Positions 26,454 through 35,155 of a DNA stretch of 64,000 bases are shown here, piece by piece (the stretch's first letter is position 1; each line of letters begins with the position of its first letter). The stretch spans positions 64,001 to 128,000 of the IMG/VR virus record IMGVR_UViG_3300042691_041259. The stretch is one strand, 5' to 3'. The notes beneath the pieces are model-generated. The model was not told where the DNA came from, made no database searches, and saw only the letters and a program-made list of their open reading frames with translations. Both the position numbers and the translations under genes were made by a program. Origin of the DNA: a virus. Lineage: Duplodnaviria; Caudoviricetes.

Positions 26454-28133
26454 TTATAGGTATGCTTTCTGCTGCCAAGATGATTGCATTTGTGGCCAAA
26501 AGCTGTGAGTACACTGTGGGAATACTCCTTTGAACGCTTTGTAATCTTCTCTTTCAATACAGTCCCTAATTGCATTTGCTTCTTGCGACTGGATCTGAAA
26601 GATACTGTTTTCATATTTCTTTCCAGAAATGGTATTATGTGTATCTGCTTCTTTAACCAACGCATTAGTAGATCTTCCTACATATATGTCTCCAATCTGG
26701 CGGCCGCCTCCAGCCTTTAGCAGCTTCTTTAAACTGGGATCTTTCATAGATTCATAACAGTCAAACAAGTGTGGGTATTCTTTCACAAGTTGCTTCCCAA
26801 CAATATCTCCTTGTTCTGGATCCATTCCCCAGAGGCAATTACGGCCAGCTGCTGAATCATGGATAAGCACAAAAGATTTTCCACTAAATTTAAGTATCCT
26901 CTCGCACTCTGCCAGAACCTTGTTTGTAATTTCTCCCATGTTCATAAATAGCAGATTGCATTCATGCACCACCTCAGGTTTTTCATCCTCACTAGTAGTC
27001 ATAAAAGGCATTGCAAAATAAGATTGCATCATGCCTACGGCTCTCATTGCTTGGTCTTCCGAAAACCCAGTCTCTTCTCTGAAGTCAACTTCTTTTTCTT
27101 CCTTTTCAAGAATGGTGTTAAACTCAGGAAACCCAGAGTCCTCGGCATTTCTAACCGATTCTTCCAGAGTATAGATCTTCTGATTAAAGTTTTCCACAAA
27201 TGATTCTGTGAGCAGCCCGCCTGGCTTTTTAGGTTTTCTTAGGTTTACCAAGAAGATGCCTAGCAAATACTCGTAATCTTTATGAGATTCTAGTATTGAG
27301 AGAGTCTTGGGATTGCGTACCCATCTGCGATTAAACTTGCCGGACTTCTCTAGAAAGCTGGGTTTTTTAATTCCCATTTCCAAGAACTCAGATCCTTTTT
27401 CTTCAACGAAACGGTTGAAAGCTTCAGATACCAATTCAATATACCTTTCGTCAGGCCTTTCCGATCTAAATACAAAGCGATCAAAATCAAGTCTTTGGAT
27501 GTGTTCGTACATCTGAAGCATGAGGAGGTCAAATACCTGGCTCTTTTGTTCTCGTACTTCTCTTTCGCAAAGCGGTGCAATTTTGGCAATTCCGTCATCT
27601 CCTTTAAGAATGAATGTTTTTTGTGGCGCGCTTTCAAAAATAGGTTGTTGACCATTTTTCAATGAAGTCATAAGGGATTCAATTACCGAACCGTCAATAA
27701 GGCCTTCCAACTCTTCACCTGATTTTACATGCAAAAGGTTAGCCCATTTTGCTATAATATGATTTTCATTGATCTGCTTTATCACTTTCCCGTATTGTCT
27801 TACTGTAATATCTGTAAGAGTCAGCCCTCTTTCTGGAACCCAGCTAAAGCCAAACCTATGGCTTTTAGGCAGATTTAGAACTATGGCTTCGGGAAGCTTT
27901 TCAACTTTTGAAATTGCACTTTCATATAGATCACTGACAGTTCTGTCAATTCTATTAAGTGGCTTTTCGGAATTCTTTCCATAAAAACGGAGCTTTCCGT
28001 TCTTTGAAAGTTCAAAGGAGAAGCGATACGCTTCCGCCTTTTCAGTTACGCGCAGACCGGACGATAGAAAGTTTCTTGTCCATTCTTCTCCACGCTTTGC
28101 ATAGATTTCTTGTAAAGTGTTAATACCTGCCAT
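26454..28133 (-). CDS. Two-domain protein: degenerate ligase-type nucleotidyltransferase N-domain + degenerate HIGH-type C-domain
   Basis: N-terminal VTEKAEA...KNGKL aligns by eye with VQEKTDG...KNGKL of 35156-36478. C-terminal AIRDCIEREDYKAF...P..TH aligns with KVRQALKDDDKKAF...P..LH of 33960-34544. Confidence 0.6.
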   Translation of the reverse strand: MAGINTLQEIYAKRGEEWTRNFLSSGLRVTEKAEAYRFSFELSKNGKLRFYGKNSEKPLNRIDRTVSDLYESAISKVEKLPEAIVLNLPKSHRFGFSWVPERGLTLTDITVRQYGKVIKQINENHIIAKWANLLHVKSGEELEGLIDGSVIESLMTSLKNGQQPIFESAPQKTFILKGDDGIAKIAPLCEREVREQKSQVFDLLMLQMYEHIQRLDFDRFVFRSERPDERYIELVSEAFNRFVEEKGSEFLEMGIKKPSFLEKSGKFNRRWVRNPKTLSILESHKDYEYLLGIFLVNLRKPKKPGGLLTESFVENFNQKIYTLEESVRNAEDSGFPEFNTILEKEEKEVDFREETGFSEDQAMRAVGMMQSYFAMPFMTTSEDEKPEVVHECNLLFMNMGEITNKVLAECERILKFSGKSFVLIHDSAAGRNCLWGMDPEQGDIVGKQLVKEYPHLFDCYESMKDPSLKKLLKAGGGRQIGDIYVGRSTNALVKEADTHNTISGKKYENSIFQIQSQEANAIRDCIEREDYKAFKGVFPQCTHSFWPQMQSSWQQKAYL

Positions 28134-28191
28134 CTGTTTTTCGGCTTTGAGGTTTTTGTTTTTTCAACCCACATTATGAATTGTATACTAT

Positions 28192-29079
28192 TTATCCAAT
28201 TCCTTCGGGCAGCGGAAGCCCGGAATCATCAAGCTTTTTCTTATAGTCGCTCATGATATCATTTAAGCTTCCAGGATACTTAAAGTCTCCGGAAGTGAGC
28301 AACGAATAAAGTTTTTCATACGTATCAATATCAGAAGGCTTATGTCCACCATTAAATAGCAAGTCTACCACGCCTTGCGGCTCTCGAGTGATGAGTTTGT
28401 CATATTCGCTTAGAAGCTTCGCGGTCTTTACTAGTCCTTTCTTGCCTTCAAAGCTTTTTCTTACTTCCACAATGCCTTGATTTAACCTAACCACGTAGGC
28501 TTTGTACTCGGCAGTTTCTCCTTTGTCGGTTGTCTTTGTGGCCTCGAAAAAAGACTTGCCAATTGCTGCCATAAGCAAAAGGTTTCGGTATGCTCCTTTG
28601 TATTTAGACTCCGCAATTCGAAAGTCGGGTGAGTGGTAGATAAAAGTGCTCCATTCCAGGTCAGTGGAAAGCATGAGGTCAACTTGCCCAACACCATTTT
28701 TATAGTCTCCACCGATTGGAGCTCCAATACTTACTTGATTGAATCCTACTGCAAGTTTGGTGCTCATACCCATATCTTTTAATTTGTCATTCAAAGCAAA
28801 CAGAACTTTCTCGAGAGACACTCCTAAATGTCCAGCAATCTTGTCAGCCGAAACCGCCAAGTCAATGTCTCCGCTGGTTTGATCCGCCAATTTTTTGCCG
28901 GCACTTCCAAGAATTGCTGCATCATCTTTTATACCAGTTAGACCAATCTGTGGAAACACATTTTTTTCTACCCATGCTATGGTAGATTCTATTTGATCCT
29001 GTTTAAAAGGCACGGCATTCTCAATGGAGTTTCCGCTTTCAAATATGAACTGTTCAAATAGCTTAACGTATCTTTTCAT
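28192..29079 (-). CDS. DNA polymerase beta-superfamily nucleotidyltransferase with CTS-like leader
   Basis: hGS-x-DhDh motif LGSAGKKLADQTSGDIDLAV, third Asp in GQVDLM; leader MKRYVKLFEQFIFE; start moved to 29079 (TAATG overlap). Confidence 0.8.
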   Translation of the reverse strand: MKRYVKLFEQFIFESGNSIENAVPFKQDQIESTIAWVEKNVFPQIGLTGIKDDAAILGSAGKKLADQTSGDIDLAVSADKIAGHLGVSLEKVLFALNDKLKDMGMSTKLAVGFNQVSIGAPIGGDYKNGVGQVDLMLSTDLEWSTFIYHSPDFRIAESKYKGAYRNLLLMAAIGKSFFEATKTTDKGETAEYKAYVVRLNQGIVEVRKSFEGKKGLVKTAKLLSEYDKLITREPQGVVDLLFNGGHKPSDIDTYEKLYSLLTSGDFKYPGSLNDIMSDYKKKLDDSGLPLPEGIG

Positions 29080-29600
29080 TATTCCCAGTCTTTTCTCTTT
29101 GATGCTTCTGAAGCAGTTAGCCATTTTCCATCAACTACATCATAGTAGATTGAATCGTTTGGCTCGCCTGGAAAGATTAGCGAACAGCCATTGCTGCCAC
29201 CGCCAGCGTGCTTATAGCTATAGTTAAGAGTTGCCCAGATATATGGTGCAAACTCAAAGTTTTCACCAGACGCCTTGTTAATCTGTGGGAATCCGCCGCC
29301 AGAAAAAGTATTGATATAGACTTCAGCAAAACCATATTGCATAACACCTAGATCTTTACCGGTTAGTGGTTTGCTGTCGAAAGAAATACGCTTGCCGTGT
29401 GCTTTAGCAGTTAGCGCATTGTATTTAATTCCTTGGCGGCTTAGCAAATCGTTAAGAGCCGGACCGGCGTTCTTAAGAATATCAGCCATTAGGGTTGCTT
29501 CATCCTTGAATTTAGGATTGCTGGTGTAAAGAGTGTTGTCTTCGTTGAGGACATCAGCATTTTCGTTCAAATAGTTATCAAAAGACTTAATGTGTTTCAT
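29079..29600 (-). CDS. Protein with CTS-like leader (MKHIKSFDNYLNE)
   Basis: 173 aa; leader motif; unknown body. Confidence 0.7.
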   Translation of the reverse strand: MKHIKSFDNYLNENADVLNEDNTLYTSNPKFKDEATLMADILKNAGPALNDLLSRQGIKYNALTAKAHGKRISFDSKPLTGKDLGVMQYGFAEVYINTFSGGGFPQINKASGENFEFAPYIWATLNYSYKHAGGGSNGCSLIFPGEPNDSIYYDVVDGKWLTASEASKRKDWE

Positions 29601-29859
29601 TATATTTTGTTATTTTGGCTTCTAAATCCGTGGTGCCACGTATCACACGATGCATTACACCTTTTGGAATATAGATCGGTTTATTTATCCACGTAGGAAG
29701 TTGATTATCGAACTGAAATTGCCAGTCGTTTTCGTTTAGAGGTTCAACTATGCGGTCTTCGTCATCCCAATGCCACTTAAGTTCCATCTCGTCCAGATCC
29801 GCTGAAAAAGTCCGTATTACTACGGACTCACTAATTTTCTTTTCGGAATATGGCTTCAT
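29587..29859 (-). CDS. Small cupin-like protein
   Basis: LKWHWDDEDR...IYIPKGVMHRVIRG resembles the two His-containing cupin motifs. Confidence 0.55.
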   Translation of the reverse strand: MKPYSEKKISESVVIRTFSADLDEMELKWHWDDEDRIVEPLNENDWQFQFDNQLPTWINKPIYIPKGVMHRVIRGTTDLEAKITKYNETH

Positions 29860-30089
29860 TCTGTCACTTCAAATACCGCTTCGCCTACCTTTACAGTTTT
29901 ACCTAATAGATCATCAATAAAGTAGATGTTTCCATAATTGTCCTCAAATCGCATATCATCAGTAAATTCATCTGATGCTTTTAACACTTGTAAAATTTCT
30001 GCAGGGCTCTCAGACACCTGTTCTTTTCCGCTGTTATCTAGAACATCAGCAAAGAGCACAATTTCTATAAGACTATTTTCAGTAAACAT
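29856..30089 (-). CDS. Small acidic hypothetical protein
   Basis: 77 aa, coupled to neighbours. Confidence 0.55.
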   Translation of the reverse strand: MFTENSLIEIVLFADVLDNSGKEQVSESPAEILQVLKASDEFTDDMRFEDNYGNIYFIDDLLGKTVKVGEAVFEVTE

Positions 30090-30300
30090 TAGGTATAGGT
30101 TTTTTCCTTTTGGTAAGTTCCGCTTTTACTTCTTCAAGATCTTTACTGAGAAGCTCGGCTTCTTTCTTTTTTCCACGCGATTCTGCAGCCTTCTTTTCAT
30201 TGGAAAGCTCTATAACTTGAGCAGCCAATTCATTGTTAGAGTACGCACTCCAAGAATCTGTTTCATTTAAAAAGTTTTCAAATGTTTTTACGTGTTTCAT
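30079..30300 (-). CDS. Small coiled-coil protein with CTS-like leader (MKHVKTFENFLNE)
   Basis: Start at M6 of the tracked ORF; bipartite promoter motif at 30307-30330. Confidence 0.7.
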   Translation of the reverse strand: MKHVKTFENFLNETDSWSAYSNNELAAQVIELSNEKKAAESRGKKKEAELLSKDLEEVKAELTKRKKPIPNVY

Positions 30301-30319
30301 ATTGCTTATATTCATATTT

Positions 30320-30859
30320 TTACCAAGGTTCTTCTGAGCTTAAACCAAGTTGTTTTCCAAATAGTGAAGGAGCATAGCACGCCCAAAAACCTGCGGTGGT
30401 TGGATCCATCTTCTTTTTCAGATCGCACTGTTGGCGGGACCAAAAGCTTGCTGAAGCTTTAGGATCATCGTTTTTAATACTGAGACCGCTAGTATCGCCC
30501 CATGTGATCTTTACTGCAATGATATTTCCATCATCATCTTTCTTTCCACTATTATGATAGACTGTAAACTTTTTATCTCCTCCGCGGAAAGGGGTGTCGA
30601 GTTCTACGTCGATCATTTTTCCATCAGAAGTTTTAAACTTGGCCTTGGTTCCCACTTCTAAATTAGAGGCCATCCAAGCAGCCTTGTCCGAGAGAATCAC
30701 ATTATCCTCGTCCCAATACTTCTTGGTTTCTTCAAAAAGCTCTTTATAGGCTTGGCTGCCTAGACGGTAAATTGAGTTGGTAATGTCCAACCCGTTTTCC
30801 ATGTGGTAGCGAAATCCCTCAGAAACCTGAAAGTCTTCAAATGTCTTTACGTATTTCAT
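30320..30859 (-). CDS. Conserved phage protein (DUF6321-like) with CTS-like leader
   Basis: KITWGDTSGLSIKNDDPKASASFWSRQQC...AGFWAC pattern; leader MKYVKTFEDFQVSE. Confidence 0.6.
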   Translation of the reverse strand: MKYVKTFEDFQVSEGFRYHMENGLDITNSIYRLGSQAYKELFEETKKYWDEDNVILSDKAAWMASNLEVGTKAKFKTSDGKMIDVELDTPFRGGDKKFTVYHNSGKKDDDGNIIAVKITWGDTSGLSIKNDDPKASASFWSRQQCDLKKKMDPTTAGFWACYAPSLFGKQLGLSSEEPW

Positions 30860-31238
30860 GCTAGTATATGATTTTAACAGGTACTTCTTTGACCCCTATT
30901 TCTTGTAGAGCTAGCATGCGGTGTGAACCATCGTGAAACGATGGCGCAAGGCCTTTATCGTACTGAAACTTATCAGCAAACCACATAGTTGGTGCTGGAA
31001 TATCTTTGGCATTTCCTCGGAATTCTTTAACATAATTAGCAACTTTGGTTTTATTAACTTCAAATCTATGATGTTGGACTCTCTTTAAGAAGTCAATAGG
31101 ACTCATGTTAACAATAATCTGTATAAACTCACTACTATGCTTCTTTAAATCATCATCCCAATCTTCACGACCAGTAGTATCCGTGTTAAATGATATAGTC
31201 TCATTTAGGAAGTCTTCAAATGTCTTTACGTATTTCAT
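30831..31238 (-). repeat. Identical 29-nt direct repeat at the 5' ends of two adjacent genes (30831-30859 and 31210-31238)
   Basis: Both read ATGAAATACGTAAAGACATTTGAAGACTT on the minus strand. Confidence 0.9.
30861..31238 (-). CDS. ParB/Srx-like domain protein with CTS-like leader
   Basis: FHDGSHRMLALQEIGVKEVPVKI (ParB-N DGxHR motif); leader MKYVKTFEDFLNE. Confidence 0.7.
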   Translation of the reverse strand: MKYVKTFEDFLNETISFNTDTTGREDWDDDLKKHSSEFIQIIVNMSPIDFLKRVQHHRFEVNKTKVANYVKEFRGNAKDIPAPTMWFADKFQYDKGLAPSFHDGSHRMLALQEIGVKEVPVKIIY

Positions 31239-31243
31239 AAGTG

Positions 31244-32293
31244 TTATCTTCCTTGAAATTTGTTGATGTTTTGGTTAATTACAACTCCTCTAAATATATC
31301 TATAGATCTATCTATTACCGGCTCAGCCATCCATTTTTCAGGGTTAATAATAGTTTCCAAGTACGGAACTAGCGCATTAGAAATTTCTCGTGATGCAGCA
31401 TTCCACAAGTATGTAGGAGTATGATCTACTGAGTAATATGAAATGCCTCTTTCAAGTTCAATAATTGGACTTTCAAATGTGGTAGGTTCTGCAAAGTAGA
31501 ACCCCATGCCTTTATCACAGCTGATGTCTATGATTGCTACGTTATTTCTAAGGAGCGCAAGTTCATTGGGAGTTTTTACATACATTAGTGGAGAATTTAC
31601 ATTCTGCAGTATGCCATTGAATATGATATCCGCGTCGGCAAGATCACTACTTAGGTCATCGGTAGAAATGCACTTATACCATACGTCCGGATTTTTATCA
31701 GCTACCAAGTGTGAAGGCCTTTGAGTGTACACCGTGATATTATTGAATCCGCGACCCTGCAATGCATAGATTGCGCCTCGACTTACAGACCCATAGCCTA
31801 AAACTACTACTTTCTTTCTTGGACCGTAATGACCGTCCATTCCTTTAAGTTCTAAGAAATGCAAAACTCCGGCATACCCCGCAAGTTCATTGTTCCTATA
31901 GAATATGTGTAACTTTCCGTGCTTATTTGTTAGATTCATTTCTTCCCAAGCAAGCAGTGTTAGCTTCTTTTCAATTGCCAAATCAGCAATATCTTTCTGC
32001 TGTACCGCGTGTGTCCAGCCACAAAGGATTCCGCCTTCTTTCATCTGTTCCAGGTCTGCTGCAACAGGCTTTGGCAAAATAATGATGTCACAGTTATACA
32101 GCTGTTCTCTTGGAGCTACTCTACAGCCAAAATTCAAAAAGTACTCATCGGAGTACCCATAGTCAGCGCCATAGCCTTCTTCAAACACAAGCTGCTCTCG
32201 GACGCTTTTCTCAATTTTACGAATATGCTCGGGATAAATTGGAATGCGTTTTTCGTTTTCCTTATACGATGTTTTGAATACTCCTGTTGTCAT
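31244..32293 (-). CDS. N5-(carboxyethyl)ornithine synthase-like NAD(P)H dehydrogenase (AlaDH/PNT family)
   Basis: KENEKRIPIYPE, FEEGYG, ILPKP, GWTH, LAGYAGV, Rossmann VVLGYGSVSRGA, IDISCD, VDHTP. Confidence 0.75.
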   Translation of the reverse strand: MTTGVFKTSYKENEKRIPIYPEHIRKIEKSVREQLVFEEGYGADYGYSDEYFLNFGCRVAPREQLYNCDIIILPKPVAADLEQMKEGGILCGWTHAVQQKDIADLAIEKKLTLLAWEEMNLTNKHGKLHIFYRNNELAGYAGVLHFLELKGMDGHYGPRKKVVVLGYGSVSRGAIYALQGRGFNNITVYTQRPSHLVADKNPDVWYKCISTDDLSSDLADADIIFNGILQNVNSPLMYVKTPNELALLRNNVAIIDISCDKGMGFYFAEPTTFESPIIELERGISYYSVDHTPTYLWNAASREISNALVPYLETIINPEKWMAEPVIDRSIDIFRGVVINQNINKFQGR

Positions 32294-33378
32294 TTCTTAT
32301 CTAGGTTGAAAAAGTACCGATAACCGTCTTTTGCTTTGGGATCTGTTATGAGTTCATAATCCATTGCCCATTGCGACGATTGAATTTCCTTTTTGTATTT
32401 TGGCCAGTAGTTCTGGTGTCCAGGAACTACGTATTTTTTGTAGATGTCTTCCAAGAATTCGTCGGGAAGCTGCTCACCGTAAAAGTCTTCATAAATTGCT
32501 TTATAGACTTCGCACATTTTCACGCTTCCCAACCCGGTTGCGGATGAAGTTTCCATCACCCACAGCTTTCCTTTCTTATCTACTACAATATCCAGCGACC
32601 AAAGGTTTAAGTCCAAGTCTTTCTTAATATCTGAACAGATTTGCAGAACGCTTTTGATAAATTCAGGAGAAACCTTATTTCTGTCTTGGTACACATATGT
32701 AAAAGCAATTTTTTCATTTGCTTTCTTGGTCTTAATAGAGCGGTCCTCATCAATGGTAGGAACTCGTTCATTAATGATGATGATCTGGTCCTGGCAAAAT
32801 ACTACCCGGTATTCTCTTTCAAAATCAATAAACTGGCAAAAAAGATCAAAATCTTCTTTGCTTTTCTTTAGTTCTTCGGGAGTGTCAAACTTTTGAACTC
32901 CTAATCCACTGTGGCCATTTTTAATTTTGGCAATCACAGGAAAACCAACAGCTCCGTCTAGCGCTTCTTTTTTAGAAAACACTGTTTTTGGAAGCCACTT
33001 GTATTTTCCAAAAGTTTTGCCAAACAAGGTTTTATCGCCCGACGTTGGCAAAAGTTCTCTTTTATTGTATAAGAGATCGCTGTTTACCTTTTTATTTTTG
33101 ATAAACATTTCAGACTCTTTGTCCTGTCCGCCTCCGTAATAGAGAAGCGGAATTCCATCTACAATCTGAACCTTTTCATTGTCAAAATCATCTTTGGTAA
33201 AGTAATTATGAAACAGCGCATTTTTAGCGGCCATGTTGTATTTTTTTTCGCGGCCGTTTACATCTCCCGAAGTTGTGCGTATGTCATTGGACTGCATGAC
33301 CCAGCCAACTTTCTTGGCGTACTTGTCATACATATTGGCTTCAAAGATAAATTGTTCGTAGAGTTTAACGTGTTTCAT
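32290..33378 (-). CDS. RimK-like ATP-grasp protein with CTS-like leader
   Basis: LPKTVF, FPVIAKIKNGHSGLGV, QFIDFEREYRV, SLDIVVD, VMETSSATGL (ExN reads ExS); leader MKHVKLYEQFIFE. Confidence 0.78.
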   Translation of the reverse strand: MKHVKLYEQFIFEANMYDKYAKKVGWVMQSNDIRTTSGDVNGREKKYNMAAKNALFHNYFTKDDFDNEKVQIVDGIPLLYYGGGQDKESEMFIKNKKVNSDLLYNKRELLPTSGDKTLFGKTFGKYKWLPKTVFSKKEALDGAVGFPVIAKIKNGHSGLGVQKFDTPEELKKSKEDFDLFCQFIDFEREYRVVFCQDQIIIINERVPTIDEDRSIKTKKANEKIAFTYVYQDRNKVSPEFIKSVLQICSDIKKDLDLNLWSLDIVVDKKGKLWVMETSSATGLGSVKMCEVYKAIYEDFYGEQLPDEFLEDIYKKYVVPGHQNYWPKYKKEIQSSQWAMDYELITDPKAKDGYRYFFNLDKK

Positions 33379-33386
33379 AAAAATTG

Positions 33387-33959
33387 TTATCCAAAGTATT
33401 CATTTTCAAAGTATAGAATCTCGAACTTGCTATCCGTGTTGATCAAGGTCAACGCGTTCAGAAGATCTGAGTATTCGCCCACTGCTTCATTCTGAATGTC
33501 AACATACCCTTGAATGAAGTTAAATGTAGCACAGTGAATGTCACAAAGAATTCTTTGACCTTTTTCACAGTACTTGTCATACAAATCGTATTCCATTTGG
33601 TAAGCGCGATTAATGATATCTACCAGGCTTACAAAATCAACTCGTGTAGGAGCTTGCGGAATGGCTGGCATTTCGTTCCACTGTACAAGGTAGTCCTGTA
33701 GACCTTTTGCGTGTTCTAGTTCGCTTGCCGCTTCAGCTTCAAAGAAAGCGGCTGCTTTTTTGTAGTTTACATTATTACACCAGTTTGCAGCATTTCTGTA
33801 GAAGTAATGCGCTGTATACTCGTCACCAATACGGTCATTGAGCATATTCACAACTTCTGCAGGAAGCTTATTAGGTGTGATTGGCTTAACCGCAGTCAGA
33901 TCAATTGCTTCATTGATCGTAATGTTGTTATCGCCTTTGAATGTTTGAAAAGTTTTCAT
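33387..33959 (-). CDS. Non-haem ferritin (FtnA-like) with IPI-like leader
   Basis: Ferroxidase ligands: GDEYTAHYFY, ELEHAK, QMEY, IQNEA; leader MKTFQTF...ITINE. Confidence 0.85.
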   Translation of the reverse strand: MKTFQTFKGDNNITINEAIDLTAVKPITPNKLPAEVVNMLNDRIGDEYTAHYFYRNAANWCNNVNYKKAAAFFEAEAASELEHAKGLQDYLVQWNEMPAIPQAPTRVDFVSLVDIINRAYQMEYDLYDKYCEKGQRILCDIHCATFNFIQGYVDIQNEAVGEYSDLLNALTLINTDSKFEILYFENEYFG

Positions 33960-34544
33960 CTATTTTATGTATTTTCTTAGCTCATCAAAGTACTTATGAA
34001 GCTCTTTAGGCATCTGTTCGTCGAAAGCTTTTTTGTCGTCGTCCTTTAATGCCTGACGAACTTTAGTTCCGCTTGGCCCACCGTCCTCTCTTGCGTCTAC
34101 CATCTTTACATTAAAGGATGGATCAACTGGAGTATCAGTTTTTGGACCAGTGATATATTCAACTTGTCTTTTGTAATCCGAGAATCGGTCACTTCCGCAA
34201 CCAACACCCATCGGCTCATAACCTTTGCTGCGTAGGAATTGCACCATCAGCGGTATTACCGTCTTTTGACCTTGTGGATAAATGAAATAGTCAGCAATGT
34301 AATTGTTAGCTTTTACCACATCGGCTCCCATCTTTTCCAGCAATGAATCCGGAAATGGAGACTCTTCTTTTTTGGAAAGAATTTGAATAGGTATCACAGG
34401 TAAGCCAAATTCCTCAGAAGTTCTTTTCAAAGCTGCCAAATGTCCATTGTGAAATGGCTGGAACCTTCCAGGAAAGAACACCACTTTTTGGCCTTCTTTC
34501 TCAAAAATAAAGCTTTCAAATGTCTTAACGTATTCTTTTCTCAT
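33960..34544 (-). CDS. HIGH-superfamily nucleotidyltransferase (NMNAT/cytidylyltransferase-like) with CTS-like leader
   Basis: FPGRFQPFHNGH, CGSDR, SGTKVR; leader MRKEYVKTFESFIFE. Confidence 0.85.
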   Translation of the reverse strand: MRKEYVKTFESFIFEKEGQKVVFFPGRFQPFHNGHLAALKRTSEEFGLPVIPIQILSKKEESPFPDSLLEKMGADVVKANNYIADYFIYPQGQKTVIPLMVQFLRSKGYEPMGVGCGSDRFSDYKRQVEYITGPKTDTPVDPSFNVKMVDAREDGGPSGTKVRQALKDDDKKAFDEQMPKELHKYFDELRKYIK

Positions 34545-35146
34545 TATGCAATATCTTTTGATTCAATCAATGTATACGTAAAAGAATTTCCATGCAGCAA
34601 AGCAGCCTTGCTGCAAATTGCCATGAATTGTTTAAAGTCTTTAATTCTTTTAAACACCTGACAGCCTTCGCTCCAGTTTTCTACGTATTGGCTTTCTGTT
34701 TTGGGATTGCTTCTGTGTATGTTAATTCCAAAAAGCCCTTCATCTACAATAACCTCATTAAAGGTCATATCTTTGTTTTTATCTCGCCAAACTTTTACAA
34801 GTCTTTGCTGGCAAAGAGCCTCATATTTTCCTTGATGCAGACGAATAGTATGCGATCCTCTGTATTGGTTAGGTATGAGTCTAGCAACACCCTTTGGATT
34901 GCTGTAATTCTTTACCGCCTTTGTTCCTGGATCAGTAGTGCATGCCCAAGAAAAAAACTTCCATTCACCGTTTTCCTTGTATGAAATAGTCAACAAATCG
35001 TCAAAAAGATTTGTGACCGACTTTCCAGTTGAAGAGTTTCTAACCCCAACAATGTTGACATCAAACCCTTTATTTTCTTCATCGTCAAACCAAACATATC
35101 CTTTGTTTTGTACGGCAGCTTTTATTTTTTCCAGTGTAAGACTCAT
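34544..35146 (-). CDS. YkuD/L,D-transpeptidase-like cell-wall enzyme, possible endolysin
   Basis: GINIH-X14-SEGCQV matches the HX14-17[ST]xGC catalytic motif; TTDPG upstream. Confidence 0.6.
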   Translation of the reverse strand: MSLTLEKIKAAVQNKGYVWFDDEENKGFDVNIVGVRNSSTGKSVTNLFDDLLTISYKENGEWKFFSWACTTDPGTKAVKNYSNPKGVARLIPNQYRGSHTIRLHQGKYEALCQQRLVKVWRDKNKDMTFNEVIVDEGLFGINIHRSNPKTESQYVENWSEGCQVFKRIKDFKQFMAICSKAALLHGNSFTYTLIESKDIA

Positions 35147-35155
35147 AACAAACTA

